Assembly: GCA_017446025.1 (NCBI GenBank)
Contig: JAFSRR010000104.1
Span: forward strand, 44,026 to 108,025
DNA length: 64,000 nucleotides
From: Bacteroidales bacterium
GTDB lineage: Bacteria > Bacteroidota > Bacteroidia > Bacteroidales > UBA1402
Reading direction: 5' to 3'
Under the pieces are notes generated by a model, which did not search any database, was not told the DNA's origin, and worked only from the letters and a program-made list of their open reading frames with translations. The translations under genes were made by a program, and so were the position numbers. Positions 7,974 through 18,745 of the stretch are shown here, one piece after another (the stretch's first letter is position 1; each line of letters opens with the position of its first letter).

Positions 7974-10469
7974 CTACAGTTCAGTGATGGGAGCCTCCTG
8001 CCCTTCTTCACCGCTCTCCTCTTCCTTGTCGGACATGACGACGCAGACCGAGGCGATTTCATCGCTGCGTTTCTCGAGATTGATCAAACGTACGCCCTGG
8101 GTGGCACGACCCATGACGCGGATGTCGGCTAGCGGCAGGCGGATGGCGATGCCCGACTTGTTGATGATCATCAGGTCGTTCTCGTCATTGACATTGGTGA
8201 TGCTGACCAACTGGCCGGTCTTGTCGGTGATATTGAGCGTCTTGACGCCCTTGCCGCCACGGTTGGTGATACGGTAGTCCTCGATGTCCGAGCGTTTGCC
8301 GTAGCCCTTCTCCGAAACCACCATGATGGTCTCGTCGCCCGTGTGCTTGATGACAATCATGCCGACCACTTCGTCCTGGCCGTCCTCGTCGAGTGTCATG
8401 CCGCGTACACCGGTCGAGACACGGCCCATGCTGCGGACTTTGTCCTCGCTGAAGCGGATGGCACGTCCGTTGCGGTTGGCCAGTACGATTTCGCTGCCCT
8501 CACCGGCCAGGGATACCTGGATCACCTGGTCGTCCTCGCGGATGATGATGGCCTTGACACCGTTGATCTTGCTCTTGAAGTAGTCTTCCAGGGCGGTCTT
8601 CTTGATGACACCCTGACGGGTGGCGAAGACCAGGAAGTGCGATTTGAGGTACTCTTCGGAAGTGTCCTTGACACGGATATAGGCCGTCACCTTGTCGTCG
8701 CCTTCGATGTTGAGCACATTCTGGATGGCCCTGCCCTTGGATGTCTTGTTGCCCTCGGGGATTTCGTAGACTTTCAGCTTGTGGTATTTGCCTTTCTGGG
8801 TGAAGAACAGCATGGTGTTGTGCATGGAGGCTGGATAGATATGCTCCACGAAATCCTCATCGCGGGTGGTGCTGCCCTTGGAGCCTACCCCACCCCTGTT
8901 CTGGGCGCGGAAATCGGCCAGCGGCGTGCGCTTGATGTAGCCCAGGTGGGAGATGGTGATGACCATTTCATCGTCGGCATAGAAATCTTCGGGATTGAAC
9001 TCTTCCGAGGCGAAAACGATTTCGGTGCGGCGTTCGTCCCCGTATTTTTCCTTGATTTCGAGCAATTCCTGCTTGATGATGTCCATGCGCATCTCCACGC
9101 TCTCGAGCACCTGGTGGTACCAGTCGATCTTGGCCATCAGGTCTTCATATTCCTTGTGCAGCTTGTCCACTTCCAGGCCGGTGAGCTGGCGCAGACGCAT
9201 CTCGACGATGGCGCGGGCCTGGAGATCGGAGAGGTTGAATTCGGCCATCAGGCCTTCCTTGGCCACATCGGCGTTGGCCGACGAGCGGATGATGGCGATG
9301 ACCCGGTCAATGTTGTCGCAGGCGATGATCAGGCCCTGCAGGATGTGGGCGCGTTTCTCGGCCTCGGCCAGTTCAAATCGGGTGCGCCTGGTGACCACCT
9401 CATGGCGATGCTCCACGAAATAGTGAATCAAGTCTTTGAGGTTGAGCAGTTTGGGACGACCCTTGACCAGGGCGATGTTGTTCACGCTGAAGGAAGACTG
9501 CAAGGCGGTGAGCTTGAACAGCTTGTTGAGCACGACGTTGGCATTGGCGTCTTTCTTGACGTCGATGACAATGCGCATGCCGCTGCGGTCGGTTTCATCA
9601 TTGATATTTGAGATACCTTCGATCTTCTTGTCACCCACCAGGTCGGCAATGGCCTTGATGAGCTCGGCCTTGTTGACACCGTAGGGAATCTCGGTGACGA
9701 CGATCTGGTCGTGCGTGGGGGTGGATTCAATGGAGGCTTTCGAACGGATGACTATGCGTCCCTTGCCTGTCTCAAAGGCTTCCTTGACACCGGCATAGCC
9801 GTAGATGTAGCCGCCTGTCGGGAAATCGGGTGCCTTGATGTAGTGCATCAACTCCTCGACCGTGATGTCGTTGTTGTCGATGTAGGCCACCGTGCCGTCG
9901 ATGACTTCCGACAAGTTGTGGGTGGGCATGTTGGTGGCCATACCCACGGCAATGCCGGAAGCGCCGTTGACCAGCAGGTTGGGAATGCGGGTCGGCAAAA
10001 CAGTCGGTTCCTTGAGGGTGTCGTCGAAGTTCATCTGGAAGTCGATGGTGTCTTTGTCGATATCCAGGAGCATATCCTCGGCGATCTTGCGCAGGCGGCA
10101 TTCCGTGTAACGCATGGCAGCCGGGCTGTCACCGTCGACCGAGCCGAAGTTGCCCTGGCCGTCCACCAAAGGATAACGCATGTTCCAGTCCTGAGCCAGG
10201 CGGACCATGGCGAAATATACGGAGGAATCGCCGTGGGGATGGTATTTGCCCAATACGTCACCGACGATTCTTGCAGATTTCTTATAGGGTTTGTCAGAGT
10301 TGTTGCCCAGTTCGTTCATTCCGAACAGAACACGGCGATGAACAGGCTTCATTCCGTCTCTTACATCGGGCAAGGCGCGGGATACAATCACCGACATAGA
10401 ATAGTCTATGTAGGAGGACCTCATCTCCTCTTCGATGTTTACCGGAATAATTCTCTCATCTTCAAACAT
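7974..10469 (-). CDS. gyrA: DNA gyrase subunit A
   Basis: 831 aa. It contains [28 protein letters not shown], the AAMRYTE catalytic-Tyr motif and C-terminal beta-pinwheel repeats. Confidence 0.97.
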   Translation of the reverse strand: MFEDERIIPVNIEEEMRSSYIDYSMSVIVSRALPDVRDGMKPVHRRVLFGMNELGNNSDKPYKKSARIVGDVLGKYHPHGDSSVYFAMVRLAQDWNMRYPLVDGQGNFGSVDGDSPAAMRYTECRLRKIAEDMLLDIDKDTIDFQMNFDDTLKEPTVLPTRIPNLLVNGASGIAVGMATNMPTHNLSEVIDGTVAYIDNNDITVEELMHYIKAPDFPTGGYIYGYAGVKEAFETGKGRIVIRSKASIESTPTHDQIVVTEIPYGVNKAELIKAIADLVGDKKIEGISNINDETDRSGMRIVIDVKKDANANVVLNKLFKLTALQSSFSVNNIALVKGRPKLLNLKDLIHYFVEHRHEVVTRRTRFELAEAEKRAHILQGLIIACDNIDRVIAIIRSSANADVAKEGLMAEFNLSDLQARAIVEMRLRQLTGLEVDKLHKEYEDLMAKIDWYHQVLESVEMRMDIIKQELLEIKEKYGDERRTEIVFASEEFNPEDFYADDEMVITISHLGYIKRTPLADFRAQNRGGVGSKGSTTRDEDFVEHIYPASMHNTMLFFTQKGKYHKLKVYEIPEGNKTSKGRAIQNVLNIEGDDKVTAYIRVKDTSEEYLKSHFLVFATRQGVIKKTALEDYFKSKINGVKAIIIREDDQVIQVSLAGEGSEIVLANRNGRAIRFSEDKVRSMGRVSTGVRGMTLDEDGQDEVVGMIVIKHTGDETIMVVSEKGYGKRSDIEDYRITNRGGKGVKTLNITDKTGQLVSITNVNDENDLMIINKSGIAIRLPLADIRVMGRATQGVRLINLEKRSDEIASVCVVMSDKEEESGEEGQEAPITEL

Positions 10470-10504
10470 TTAATTCAAGTTTATAAGGGGTTAGTAAAAT
10501 CATG

Positions 10505-10536
10505 TAAATGTAGGACATTCCATCCGTTTTTCCAAA
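10505..10536 (-). promoter_or_regulatory. Candidate Bacteroidota-type promoter for gyrA
   Basis: The minus strand reads TTTG (10536-10533), N20, then TACATTTA (10512-10505). The last base deviates from the TAnnTTTG consensus. The site lies about 36 nt upstream of the ATG. Confidence 0.35.
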
Positions 10537-10641
10537 TAAAAAAACGAAGTTTTTTATGCCTTTCTCCGAAGAATAAAACTGACAATTTGTCCCATGGCAG
10601 GATTTTTGAGGGAAGATGAACCGCTATATATGAATAATAGG

Positions 10642-10649
10642 TATTTTTG
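10642..10649 (+). promoter_or_regulatory. Candidate -7 box for the clpC-like gene
   Basis: TATTTTTG matches TAnnTTTG and lies 33 nt upstream of ATG 10682. The nearest upstream TTTG (10615-10618) is 23 nt away, longer than the usual 19-21 nt. Confidence 0.3.
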
Positions 10650-10681
10650 CTGTCGAAAAAAAAGAAGAAAGGAACTTGCGC

Positions 10682-13225
10682 ATGATAATGAAAAACATTA
10701 CGAAAGATATGCATAAGGTGTTGGAATACAGTATCGAAGAAGCCCATCGCCTGGGGAATCCCACGCTCAATCCCGAGCATCTGCTGTTGGGAATGATCCG
10801 CAAGAAGGAGAACAAGGGCATGCAGTATCTCGACCAGCTGAACATCAACACCGCCATGCTGAAATATGTCATTGAAAACAGGATACGCCAGGAAAACACC
10901 ATTCCTGAAGACGAGAGCATTCCCCTCAGTGCCAAATCCGAGAAAATACTCCGTATGGGCATTCTGGAAGCCCGCGGGCTGAAAAGCGAGGCCATCGACA
11001 CGGATCATCTGCTGCTGGCCATTCTCCGCGACAATGACAATCTGGCATCCGAAGTGCTGGGCCAGGAAGGCGCCCGCTTCGACCGGGTCATGGCCCTGGT
11101 GTCGGGTCACCCCTCCCCTTCTGCCGGAGCCGGCTTTACCGAAAGCGAGGACGACGACGATGAATACGCCTCCGAGGAGGGACGTTCTTCCGAAAACTGG
11201 AAAGTGAAATCGGAGGATCAGGCCACCTACGGAAACGAAAATAAGAAGGACACACCTGCCCTGGACAATTTCGGCAACGATCTGACCCGTGCCGCCCAGG
11301 AAGGACGGCTCGATCCCATCGTGGGCCGGGAAGCCGAGATGCTGCGCATGGCACAGATCCTGAGCCGTCGCAAGAAGAACAACCCCGTGCTCATCGGCGA
11401 ACCCGGTGTGGGCAAATCGGCCATCGTCGAAGGCCTGGCCATCCGTATTACAGAGCGCAAGGTGCCCCGCCTGCTGTTCAACAAGCGCATTGTGGCCCTG
11501 GATCTGGCCTCCATGGTGGCCGGCACCAAATACCGCGGCCAGTTTGAGGAACGCGTCAAAGCCGTTATCAACGAGTTGGAAGAAAATCCCGATATCATCC
11601 TGTTTATCGACGAAATCCACACCATGGTGGGTGCCGGCAACGCGGCCGGTTCGATGGATGCCGCCAACATGCTCAAACCCGCCCTGGCACGTGGCAAGGT
11701 GCAGTGCATCGGAGCCACCACCCTGGACGAATATCGCAAGAGCATCGAAAAGGACGGTGCCCTGGAGCGCCGTTTCCAGAAGATCATCGTCGAGCCCAGC
11801 ACGCCCGAGGAGACGCTGCAGATTCTGCAGAACATCAAGGACCGTTATGAGGAGCATCACAACGTGGTCTATTCCGACGAGGCCCTGAAGGCCTGCGTCA
11901 ACCTGACCGCCCGTTACGTGTCCGACCGCAATCTGCCTGACAAGGCCATCGACGCCATGGACGAGGCCGGCGCCCGGGTGCATATCGACAATATCGCCGT
12001 TTCGCCCGACATCGAGCACCTGGAGTTGGAAATCGACGCCACCGACCGGCTCAAGTCGGATGCCATTAACCGCCAGCAGTTCGAGCAGGCGGCTGAATAT
12101 CGCGACCAAAGCCGTCAGTTGCAGGCCCGCCTCAAGGAATTGAAGGCCGAATGGGAGAAAACGCTCGACGGCCAGCGCAAGCCTGTCGATGAAGAGCAGG
12201 TGGCCGAAGTCGTCTCCATGATGTCGGGGGTGCCGCTTCAGAGCATTGCCCGCGAAGAAAGCGACAAACTGCTCCACCTGGCTGAGGTGCTCAAATCCAG
12301 GATCATCGGTCAGGATACGGCTGTCGATGCCGTGGTCAAGGCCATTCAGCGCAACCGTATCGGGCTGAAGGATCCCAACAAGCCCATTGGCACCTTCCTC
12401 TTTGTCGGCCCGACGGGTGTCGGCAAGACCCACCTGGCCAAATTGCTGGCCGAAAACCTCTTTGACACGGGCGACGCCCTGGTGCGTATCGATATGAGCG
12501 AATTCATGGAGAAATTCACCGTTTCGCGGCTGGTGGGAGCGCCTCCGGGCTACGTGGGCTATGAAGAGGGCGGACAGCTCACCGAAAAGGTCAGACGCAA
12601 GCCCTACTGCGTGCTGCTGCTCGATGAAATCGAGAAAGCCCATCCCGATGTCTTCAATCTGCTGCTGCAGGTGATGGACGAAGGTCGTTTGACCGACAGT
12701 CTGGGACGCCGGGTGGACTTCAAGAACACCATCCTCATCATGACCTCCAATGTGGGCACCCGCCAGTTGAAGGAATTCGGCAAGGGCATCGGTTTCAGCC
12801 AGCCTGAGGCCGGCATGGGGGAATACTCCAAAGGCGTGATCAACAAGGCCATCAGCAAGACCTTCTCGCCCGAGTTCCTGAACCGTATCGACGACACGAT
12901 TTTCTTCGACCAGTTGTCGCGCGAAGCCATCGGGCAGATCATCGACCTGGAACTGAAGCCTTTCTACGAGCGGGTACAGCGTCTGGGCTATACCCTTCAC
13001 CTAACCCCAGAGGCCAAGGATTTCATCGCCGAAAAAGGCTACGATATCCAGTTTGGCGCCCGTCCCCTGAAGCGTGCCATCCAGAAATATCTGGAAGACG
13101 GCCTGGCCGAGGTGGTGCTCTCGCACAGCATCAAAGGCGACAAAATCTATGCCCTGCTCAAGGAAGACCGTTCGGGCATCGTCTTGCAGAAAGAAGCGCC
13201 CAAACAGTTGGAATCCGCCAAATAA
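10682..13225 (+). CDS. clpC: AAA+ Clp ATPase, ClpC-like (two NBDs with a short UVR-type middle domain)
   Basis: It has Clp_N repeats (PEHLLLGM and TDHLLLAI), Walker [10 protein letters not shown] and GPTGVGKT, and a UVR-like stretch [20 protein letters not shown]. The track start at 10676 is TTG. ATG codons at 10682 and 10688 are the more likely starts. Confidence 0.85.
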   Translation: MIMKNITKDMHKVLEYSIEEAHRLGNPTLNPEHLLLGMIRKKENKGMQYLDQLNINTAMLKYVIENRIRQENTIPEDESIPLSAKSEKILRMGILEARGLKSEAIDTDHLLLAILRDNDNLASEVLGQEGARFDRVMALVSGHPSPSAGAGFTESEDDDDEYASEEGRSSENWKVKSEDQATYGNENKKDTPALDNFGNDLTRAAQEGRLDPIVGREAEMLRMAQILSRRKKNNPVLIGEPGVGKSAIVEGLAIRITERKVPRLLFNKRIVALDLASMVAGTKYRGQFEERVKAVINELEENPDIILFIDEIHTMVGAGNAAGSMDAANMLKPALARGKVQCIGATTLDEYRKSIEKDGALERRFQKIIVEPSTPEETLQILQNIKDRYEEHHNVVYSDEALKACVNLTARYVSDRNLPDKAIDAMDEAGARVHIDNIAVSPDIEHLELEIDATDRLKSDAINRQQFEQAAEYRDQSRQLQARLKELKAEWEKTLDGQRKPVDEEQVAEVVSMMSGVPLQSIAREESDKLLHLAEVLKSRIIGQDTAVDAVVKAIQRNRIGLKDPNKPIGTFLFVGPTGVGKTHLAKLLAENLFDTGDALVRIDMSEFMEKFTVSRLVGAPPGYVGYEEGGQLTEKVRRKPYCVLLLDEIEKAHPDVFNLLLQVMDEGRLTDSLGRRVDFKNTILIMTSNVGTRQLKEFGKGIGFSQPEAGMGEYSKGVINKAISKTFSPEFLNRIDDTIFFDQLSREAIGQIIDLELKPFYERVQRLGYTLHLTPEAKDFIAEKGYDIQFGARPLKRAIQKYLEDGLAEVVLSHSIKGDKIYALLKEDRSGIVLQKEAPKQLESAK

Positions 13226-13277
13226 GGGCACTGCCCCACGCTGTTGCTGACAATATTGCAGCAACGTCCGATAAAAA

Positions 13278-13308
13278 ATGTCAGTCCTTTGCGACTGGCA
13301 TTTTTTTT
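13278..13308 (+). terminator. Rho-independent terminator after clpC
   Basis: A 9-bp stem atgtcagtc/gactggcat (one G-U pair) is flanked by an A6 run upstream and a T8 run at 13301-13308. Confidence 0.75.
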
Positions 13309-13354
13309 GCTTGTGAGGGAGGCACATAAAACGACAATTTTAAAACATACAGAT

Positions 13355-15220
13355 ATGATCAAAGAAGGTAACATCGGGGTGACGACCGACAACATTTTCC
13401 CCGTCATCAAAAAGTTTTTGTACAGTGACCAGGAGATTTTCCTCCGTGAAATCGTGTCCAACGCCGTGGATGCCACGCAGAAGCTCAAGACGCTGTCCAA
13501 CCGCGGCGACTACAAGGGCGAGTTGGGCGACCTGGCCGTCCGTGTGAGCATCGACAAGAAAGCCAAGACGCTGACTGTCAGTGACCGTGGCATCGGTATG
13601 ACGGCCGAGGAAATCGACAAATACATCAACCAGATCGCTTTCTCCGGTGCTGAGGAGTTCCTGGAAAAATACAAGAACGACGCCAATGCCATCATCGGCC
13701 ATTTCGGACTGGGCTTCTACTCCTCCTTCATGGTCTCCAGCCGGGTCGATATCATCACCCGCTCCTGGCAGGAAGGCGCCCAGGCAGTGAAATGGAGCTG
13801 CGACGGCTCGCCGGCCTTCACCATCGAGGAGAGCGACAAGGCCGACCGCGGCACGGACATCGTGCTGCATATCGACGATGAATTCAAGGATTTCCTCAAG
13901 GAAGAGAAGATTTCATCACTGCTGGAGAAATACTGCAAGTTCCTGCCCGTGCCCATCGTCTTCGGCAAAAAGAAGGAATGGAAAGACGGCAAGCAGGTGA
14001 CCACCGATGAGGACAACCAGATCAACGACACCGAGCCGGCCTGGACGCGCAAACCCGCCGACCTGACCGAGGAAGACTACCTGAAGTTCTACAAGGCGCT
14101 TTATCCCTTCAGCGAGGATCCGCTTTTCCACATCCACCTGAATGTGGACTATCCTTTCAATCTGACGGGTATCCTCTACTTCCCGAAGATCAAGAACAGC
14201 ATCGAGATTCAGAAGAACAAGATCCAGCTCTATTGCAACCAGGTCTTTGTGACCGACTCGGTCGAAGGGATCGTGCCCAATTTCCTGACCCTTCTGCACG
14301 GTGTGATCGATTCGCCCGACATTCCGCTGAACGTGTCGCGTTCCTATCTGCAGAACGACGTCAATGTCAAGAAGATATCCAACCACATCACCAAGAAGGT
14401 GGGCGAAAGCCTGCTGAAGATCTTCAACAACGACCGCAAGCAGTTCGAAGAAAAATGGGACGATCTGAAGATATTCATTGGATATGGTGTATTGACCGAG
14501 GAAAAATTCTGGTCGCAGGCCGAGAAGTTTGCCCTCATCAAGAATACCGAAGGCAAATACTTCACCCTGGATGAGTACAAAACGCTGGTCGCTTCCGAGC
14601 AGACCGACAAGGACGGACAGCTGGTATGCCTGTATGCCGCCGACAAGGAAAAACAGTTCAGTTATATCGAGGCCGCTCGCAGCAAAGGCTATGACGTGCT
14701 GCTGATGGACGGCGAACTGGACGTGCCCTTCATGCAGCATCTGGAATCCAAGCTGGAAAAGACGCGTTTCGTGCGTGTGGACAGCGATGTCATCGACAAC
14801 CTGATCGCCAAGGCCGACAAGGCTGCTTTGACGCTGAGCGAGGAGGACCAGAACAAACTGAAAGATCTGTTCAAGAACAACCTGCCTACGCTCGACAAGG
14901 TCAATTTCGACGTCAAGTTGGAAAGCCTGGGCGAGGAAGCCGTGCCTGTCATGCTCACGCAGAACGAATTCATGCGCCGTATGAAAGACATGTCTGCCCT
15001 GCAGGCCGGCCTGAATTTCTACGGTGAAATGCCCGACAGCTACTCGGTGGTGGTCAATACCGACAACCGCTTGGTCAAAGATGCCCTGGCCGTTCCCGCA
15101 GAAGATGAAAACAATAAGCTGAAAATCAGTCAGATCGTGGATCTTGCCTTGCTTAGCAGCGGGATGTTGAAAGGCGAAGCCCTGGACAAATTCATCCACC
15201 GCAGCTACGATTTGATATGA
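13355..15220 (+). CDS. htpG: Molecular chaperone HtpG (Hsp90)
   Basis: 621 aa counted from ATG 13355. The sequence contains LYSDQEIFLREIVSNAVDATQKL, IGHFGLGFYSSFMV and GVIDSPDIPLNVSR. The track start at 13244 is a TTG lying inside the clpC terminator region and was rejected. Confidence 0.95.
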   Translation: MIKEGNIGVTTDNIFPVIKKFLYSDQEIFLREIVSNAVDATQKLKTLSNRGDYKGELGDLAVRVSIDKKAKTLTVSDRGIGMTAEEIDKYINQIAFSGAEEFLEKYKNDANAIIGHFGLGFYSSFMVSSRVDIITRSWQEGAQAVKWSCDGSPAFTIEESDKADRGTDIVLHIDDEFKDFLKEEKISSLLEKYCKFLPVPIVFGKKKEWKDGKQVTTDEDNQINDTEPAWTRKPADLTEEDYLKFYKALYPFSEDPLFHIHLNVDYPFNLTGILYFPKIKNSIEIQKNKIQLYCNQVFVTDSVEGIVPNFLTLLHGVIDSPDIPLNVSRSYLQNDVNVKKISNHITKKVGESLLKIFNNDRKQFEEKWDDLKIFIGYGVLTEEKFWSQAEKFALIKNTEGKYFTLDEYKTLVASEQTDKDGQLVCLYAADKEKQFSYIEAARSKGYDVLLMDGELDVPFMQHLESKLEKTRFVRVDSDVIDNLIAKADKAALTLSEEDQNKLKDLFKNNLPTLDKVNFDVKLESLGEEAVPVMLTQNEFMRRMKDMSALQAGLNFYGEMPDSYSVVVNTDNRLVKDALAVPAEDENNKLKISQIVDLALLSSGMLKGEALDKFIHRSYDLI

Positions 15221-15282
15221 TTATTGTGTAGCGTAACTCAAATAAAAAACGTCTGATGTATGGTCTTGAAGAAAAAAAGCAG

Positions 15283-15290
15283 TAAGTTTG
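15283..15290 (+). promoter_or_regulatory. Candidate -7 box upstream of the lipoprotein/TBDR/DUF4249 trio
   Basis: TAAGTTTG matches TAnnTTTG and lies 50 nt upstream of ATG 15340. No properly spaced TTTG -33 element is present. Confidence 0.3.
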
Positions 15291-15339
15291 CCCGAATTTA
15301 TCGATAGACGATACATTAATTTCATTAATAACAAAAACT

Positions 15340-16668
15340 ATGAAACTGACTAAACATTACCTGGTGCCCGCCCTTTTGTTGGCCGGCATGACCTTTGGCA
15401 TTGCCTCTTGCGATGACAAAAACAAAAAGGAACCTGAACAGCCGATGACCTCGGTTGAGCAGAAAGACAAGGTGGAAGATGCCGCTCTGGCTGCCATCAA
15501 TGCCGTCAATCCCGAAGATTTCCGCTATTTGGCTACGGAAGTGCTCTACGTTCGGGATGAATACGCTGATTTTTCCATGCTCACTCCCATACTGACGTGG
15601 GTTTCGGAAAATCTCAAGACCATTGAGGATACCCAGAAGACCAGAGTCGGACAGGATAGTCCTACTTCCGAGAAGGAAGGTGATTACACCAAATGGACTT
15701 ACAACGAGAATTTCCGCATGTTGTACAAGCTGGCCAACTTCACCGGCCACTTCACAGCCACCGATACGGCCTGGGTGCTGTCTGACAAGAAATACAACGA
15801 CCTCCAGTTTGCCTTCAAGGACCAGAACGGTGCTGACTGCACACTGACCCTGAGCCACGAAGGTGAAGGCGTTCCTGTCCATTTCTCCACAGATCGCCGG
15901 TATATTTCCTACAATCTTGACACGGCCAGTAAGACCCATACCGATTACTACGAAACTGTTGTCAGTGTGGTTGAAGTGCCCCAAGTCCTGGTTCTTTCGT
16001 TGAAGACTGGCAACACCGAACACTTCTGCCTCACCATGAAGCCCGACCTGACCGAGATGCAGGCCGAGGATTTCGACCTGAGCAAGGACAGCTACTCTTT
16101 TGAGGCTTCGCTCAAAGTGGAAAAGTATTTCTTCGAAATTGTCAAGATCAACTATGCTCCCGGCAAGCCCGCTGAGCTGACCATGAAGCTGAGCATCGAC
16201 AACAAGCCGGTTGTTTCCTTCTCCCTGTCTAGCAGCGAACTGAGAGCCGACAACAAAGGTCTGACCACGGCCAAGAACGTGGCTGTCAACATCGACCTGA
16301 TGGGTCAGGTACAGATCAAGGGCACCTGCGTCGATGCCTTGCGTTTCTCGCAGCTGATGGACGAAGCCGAAGACAACAATACCAATGAGGCTAAATACAA
16401 ATCCACGATCACCATGGCCAACGACCTGCTCGACCTCGGTGTCTATTACAACGGCGGAAGCCTGGAACAGGCCCGCGTCAAACTGGAAGTCTTCGAGGAC
16501 AAGGGAAAAGGCCGCTGGGAATGCGAGCCGGTCATCTATTTTGCCGATGGTTCCTCCTACACCACTTTCGAGGCTTTCTTCAACGAAGTTGACTTCGCCG
16601 ACGTAGTGGATGCTGCCAACAATCTGGTAGATGGATTTTATGCATTGGCTGAACCCACTGAGAAATAA
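15340..16668 (+). CDS. Lipoprotein of unknown function
   Basis: 442 aa. The lipobox is LLLAGMTFGIASC, followed by DDKNKKEPEQ. I recognise no family motif. It sits 16 nt upstream of the TBDR gene. Confidence 0.7.
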   Translation: MKLTKHYLVPALLLAGMTFGIASCDDKNKKEPEQPMTSVEQKDKVEDAALAAINAVNPEDFRYLATEVLYVRDEYADFSMLTPILTWVSENLKTIEDTQKTRVGQDSPTSEKEGDYTKWTYNENFRMLYKLANFTGHFTATDTAWVLSDKKYNDLQFAFKDQNGADCTLTLSHEGEGVPVHFSTDRRYISYNLDTASKTHTDYYETVVSVVEVPQVLVLSLKTGNTEHFCLTMKPDLTEMQAEDFDLSKDSYSFEASLKVEKYFFEIVKINYAPGKPAELTMKLSIDNKPVVSFSLSSSELRADNKGLTTAKNVAVNIDLMGQVQIKGTCVDALRFSQLMDEAEDNNTNEAKYKSTITMANDLLDLGVYYNGGSLEQARVKLEVFEDKGKGRWECEPVIYFADGSSYTTFEAFFNEVDFADVVDAANNLVDGFYALAEPTEK

Positions 16669-16684
16669 TCATTGATTTGTTGAC

Positions 16685-18733
16685 GTGAAACTGCGTCTGA
16701 CAATCGTAATACTGCATGTCGCTTTCGTTTCGGCTTTGTTTGCCCAGCAAACCGGTCGCAGCGGAAGCGACACTGCTTTTATCTCTTCCCGCGCCATTGA
16801 AGAGGTGTCGGTCAATGCCCGTCGCACCACTTCCCTGGTCCGCCTGGGACAAGGCGGCGAATTGCGCATGGACATGGAGATGACCCAGCAAATGCCACGC
16901 ATCCTGGGCAACGCCGATCCGGTGCGTTTCATGCAGACACTGCCAGGCGTCCAGACCAACAATGAATTCGACGCCGGCCTGCATATCCAGGGCAGCGAGA
17001 ACGGTCACAACCATGTCTCCATCAACGGGGTGCCACTCTACAATGTCAACCACATGCTGGGGTTGTTTTCGGTATTCATCCCCACTCATTTTTCTGGGCT
17101 CAGCCTGATCAAGTCGCCCAATAACGCCACCCTGTCCAACCGTCTGGGCGGTTTCCTGGATATGGTCTCTCCGTTGGAGATTCCCGATTCGCTGCATCTG
17201 AGTGCCTCGGTGGGCCCGATGTCCTCGCAGGGCAGCCTGCAGACTGCTGTCGGAAAGAAATCCGCCTTGACCTTGTCCTTGCGCTCCACCTATCTGAATC
17301 TGCTCTACGGTCCTCTCCTGAAGGTTGACGGCCAACAACTCAAGTACCGGTTCTACGATGCCGATGCCACCTGGATGCTGATGACAAGCGACACAGAGCG
17401 TTTTTGGATAGACCTCTACCTGGGCCAGGATCATGGTGCTGCGATGGAAAACAAATACTTGTCGCAAGACCAGATGGATTGGGGCAATGCCATGGGCGCA
17501 TTGCATTGGCAGCGGGAAAACCGTTCCGGAGCCGTGGAGCACCGGACCTTGTTTGCGTCTTATTACTACAACCATGTGGACGTAGCCATTGAAAACGAAT
17601 TCGCCCAGTTGCCTTCCAGCATGTTCACTGTGGGATATCGCGACAATATCCGCTATGGCGATTTGCAAGCCGGCCTGGAGGCCAATTATCATTGTATCAA
17701 TCCGCAGCGTCCTTCCCTGAGCGGTTCCTTGGTGATATCGGCAATGGACGACAGCAGCCGCCTCATGACGGCCGTCGAATTGTCCGAATATATCGACTGG
17801 CAGCATCAGTGGGACACCTGGACTCTGCGTGCAGGCCTGCGTCTGAACCAATATGCCCTGCTGGGCGAACGGCCCTTTGTCCATCTGGATCCTTCGTTGT
17901 CGGTTGCCAAGACCATCAACGTCGAGCAACAGTTGGAGCTGGTCTATAGTCACCGTCACCAGTATCTTTTCCAGAGCGGTTTCTCCGCGGTAGGCTTCCC
18001 CACGGAATTCTGGTATCCATCCAGCCGGGCCCTGCTGCCACAGTCGGCCCACATGGTTTCACTGTCCTACTCTCTGCCGCTCATCCACCATGATTATTGG
18101 CTCAGTGCCGAAATCTATTACAAACATCTTTCTCATCAGGTGGAATACGATGACAACATCTTCAGCCTGCTCTCGTCCGACTATCGCCTGGAGGATGCCT
18201 TCCTGTCCGGACACGGCTACAACTGCGGTCTGAATGTCATGCTCAACAAGCGCACCGGCCACCTGAAAGCCTGGTTGAGCTATGCCTATACCCTGGCCCG
18301 CCGCCGTTTTGACGATGAAAGCAGGGATTACTGGTTTCCGGCCAGTCACGAACGCCCGCACGAGCTCAATCTGGTGATGAGCTACGATATCAACCCCCAC
18401 TGGCAGGTGGGCGGCACCATGGTCTATGCTTCCGGCACGCCGTTCACAGCGCCTGAATGCTTCTACTATATCAACGGCAACGTCATTACCTATTTCAGCC
18501 ACTACAATGCCAACCGTCTGGGAGCCTACAGTCGGACCGACCTGTCGCTGAGCTATCTCTTTTCCCGGCACGGCAAACGGCAAAGCGGCCTGAATTTTTC
18601 GGTATATAATGTTTTCAGCCGGAAGAACCGGATTTATTACCGGCTTAAGTTCAAAGACGGCGCTTTTGCCTATGTGCCGGTCCATCTCCTGGTGGAAACC
18701 ATTCCTTCGATCAACTATTTCATCAACTTCTAA
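16685..18733 (+). CDS. TonB-dependent outer-membrane receptor (plug plus barrel, no CarboxypepD_reg or SusC-type N-terminal extension)
   Basis: 682 aa with a GTG start. The signal peptide is KLRLTIVILHVAFVSALFAQQ. Plug motifs are DPVRFMQTLPGVQ and HIQGSENGHNHVSINGVPLYN. The C-terminus ends INYFINF with an aromatic beta-signal. Confidence 0.8.
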   Translation: MKLRLTIVILHVAFVSALFAQQTGRSGSDTAFISSRAIEEVSVNARRTTSLVRLGQGGELRMDMEMTQQMPRILGNADPVRFMQTLPGVQTNNEFDAGLHIQGSENGHNHVSINGVPLYNVNHMLGLFSVFIPTHFSGLSLIKSPNNATLSNRLGGFLDMVSPLEIPDSLHLSASVGPMSSQGSLQTAVGKKSALTLSLRSTYLNLLYGPLLKVDGQQLKYRFYDADATWMLMTSDTERFWIDLYLGQDHGAAMENKYLSQDQMDWGNAMGALHWQRENRSGAVEHRTLFASYYYNHVDVAIENEFAQLPSSMFTVGYRDNIRYGDLQAGLEANYHCINPQRPSLSGSLVISAMDDSSRLMTAVELSEYIDWQHQWDTWTLRAGLRLNQYALLGERPFVHLDPSLSVAKTINVEQQLELVYSHRHQYLFQSGFSAVGFPTEFWYPSSRALLPQSAHMVSLSYSLPLIHHDYWLSAEIYYKHLSHQVEYDDNIFSLLSSDYRLEDAFLSGHGYNCGLNVMLNKRTGHLKAWLSYAYTLARRRFDDESRDYWFPASHERPHELNLVMSYDINPHWQVGGTMVYASGTPFTAPECFYYINGNVITYFSHYNANRLGAYSRTDLSLSYLFSRHGKRQSGLNFSVYNVFSRKNRIYYRLKFKDGAFAYVPVHLLVETIPSINYFINF

Positions 18734-18745
18734 AACAGCCTGCAT

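Noticed and set aside
8343-10619. Plus-strand ORFs 8343-9611 (422 aa) and 9711-10619 (302 aa) opposite gyrA
   Set aside because: These are antisense shadows of gyrA with the same low-complexity G/V/D/L composition and no motifs.
10481-13000. 839-aa ORF on the minus strand covering almost the entire clpC-like gene
   Set aside because: This is an antisense shadow ORF. Its composition is dominated by G/V/L/D/A/H/Q with no recognisable motifs. The plus strand encodes an unmistakable Clp ATPase with Walker motifs. Long stop-free antisense frames are expected in GC-rich, codon-biased genes.
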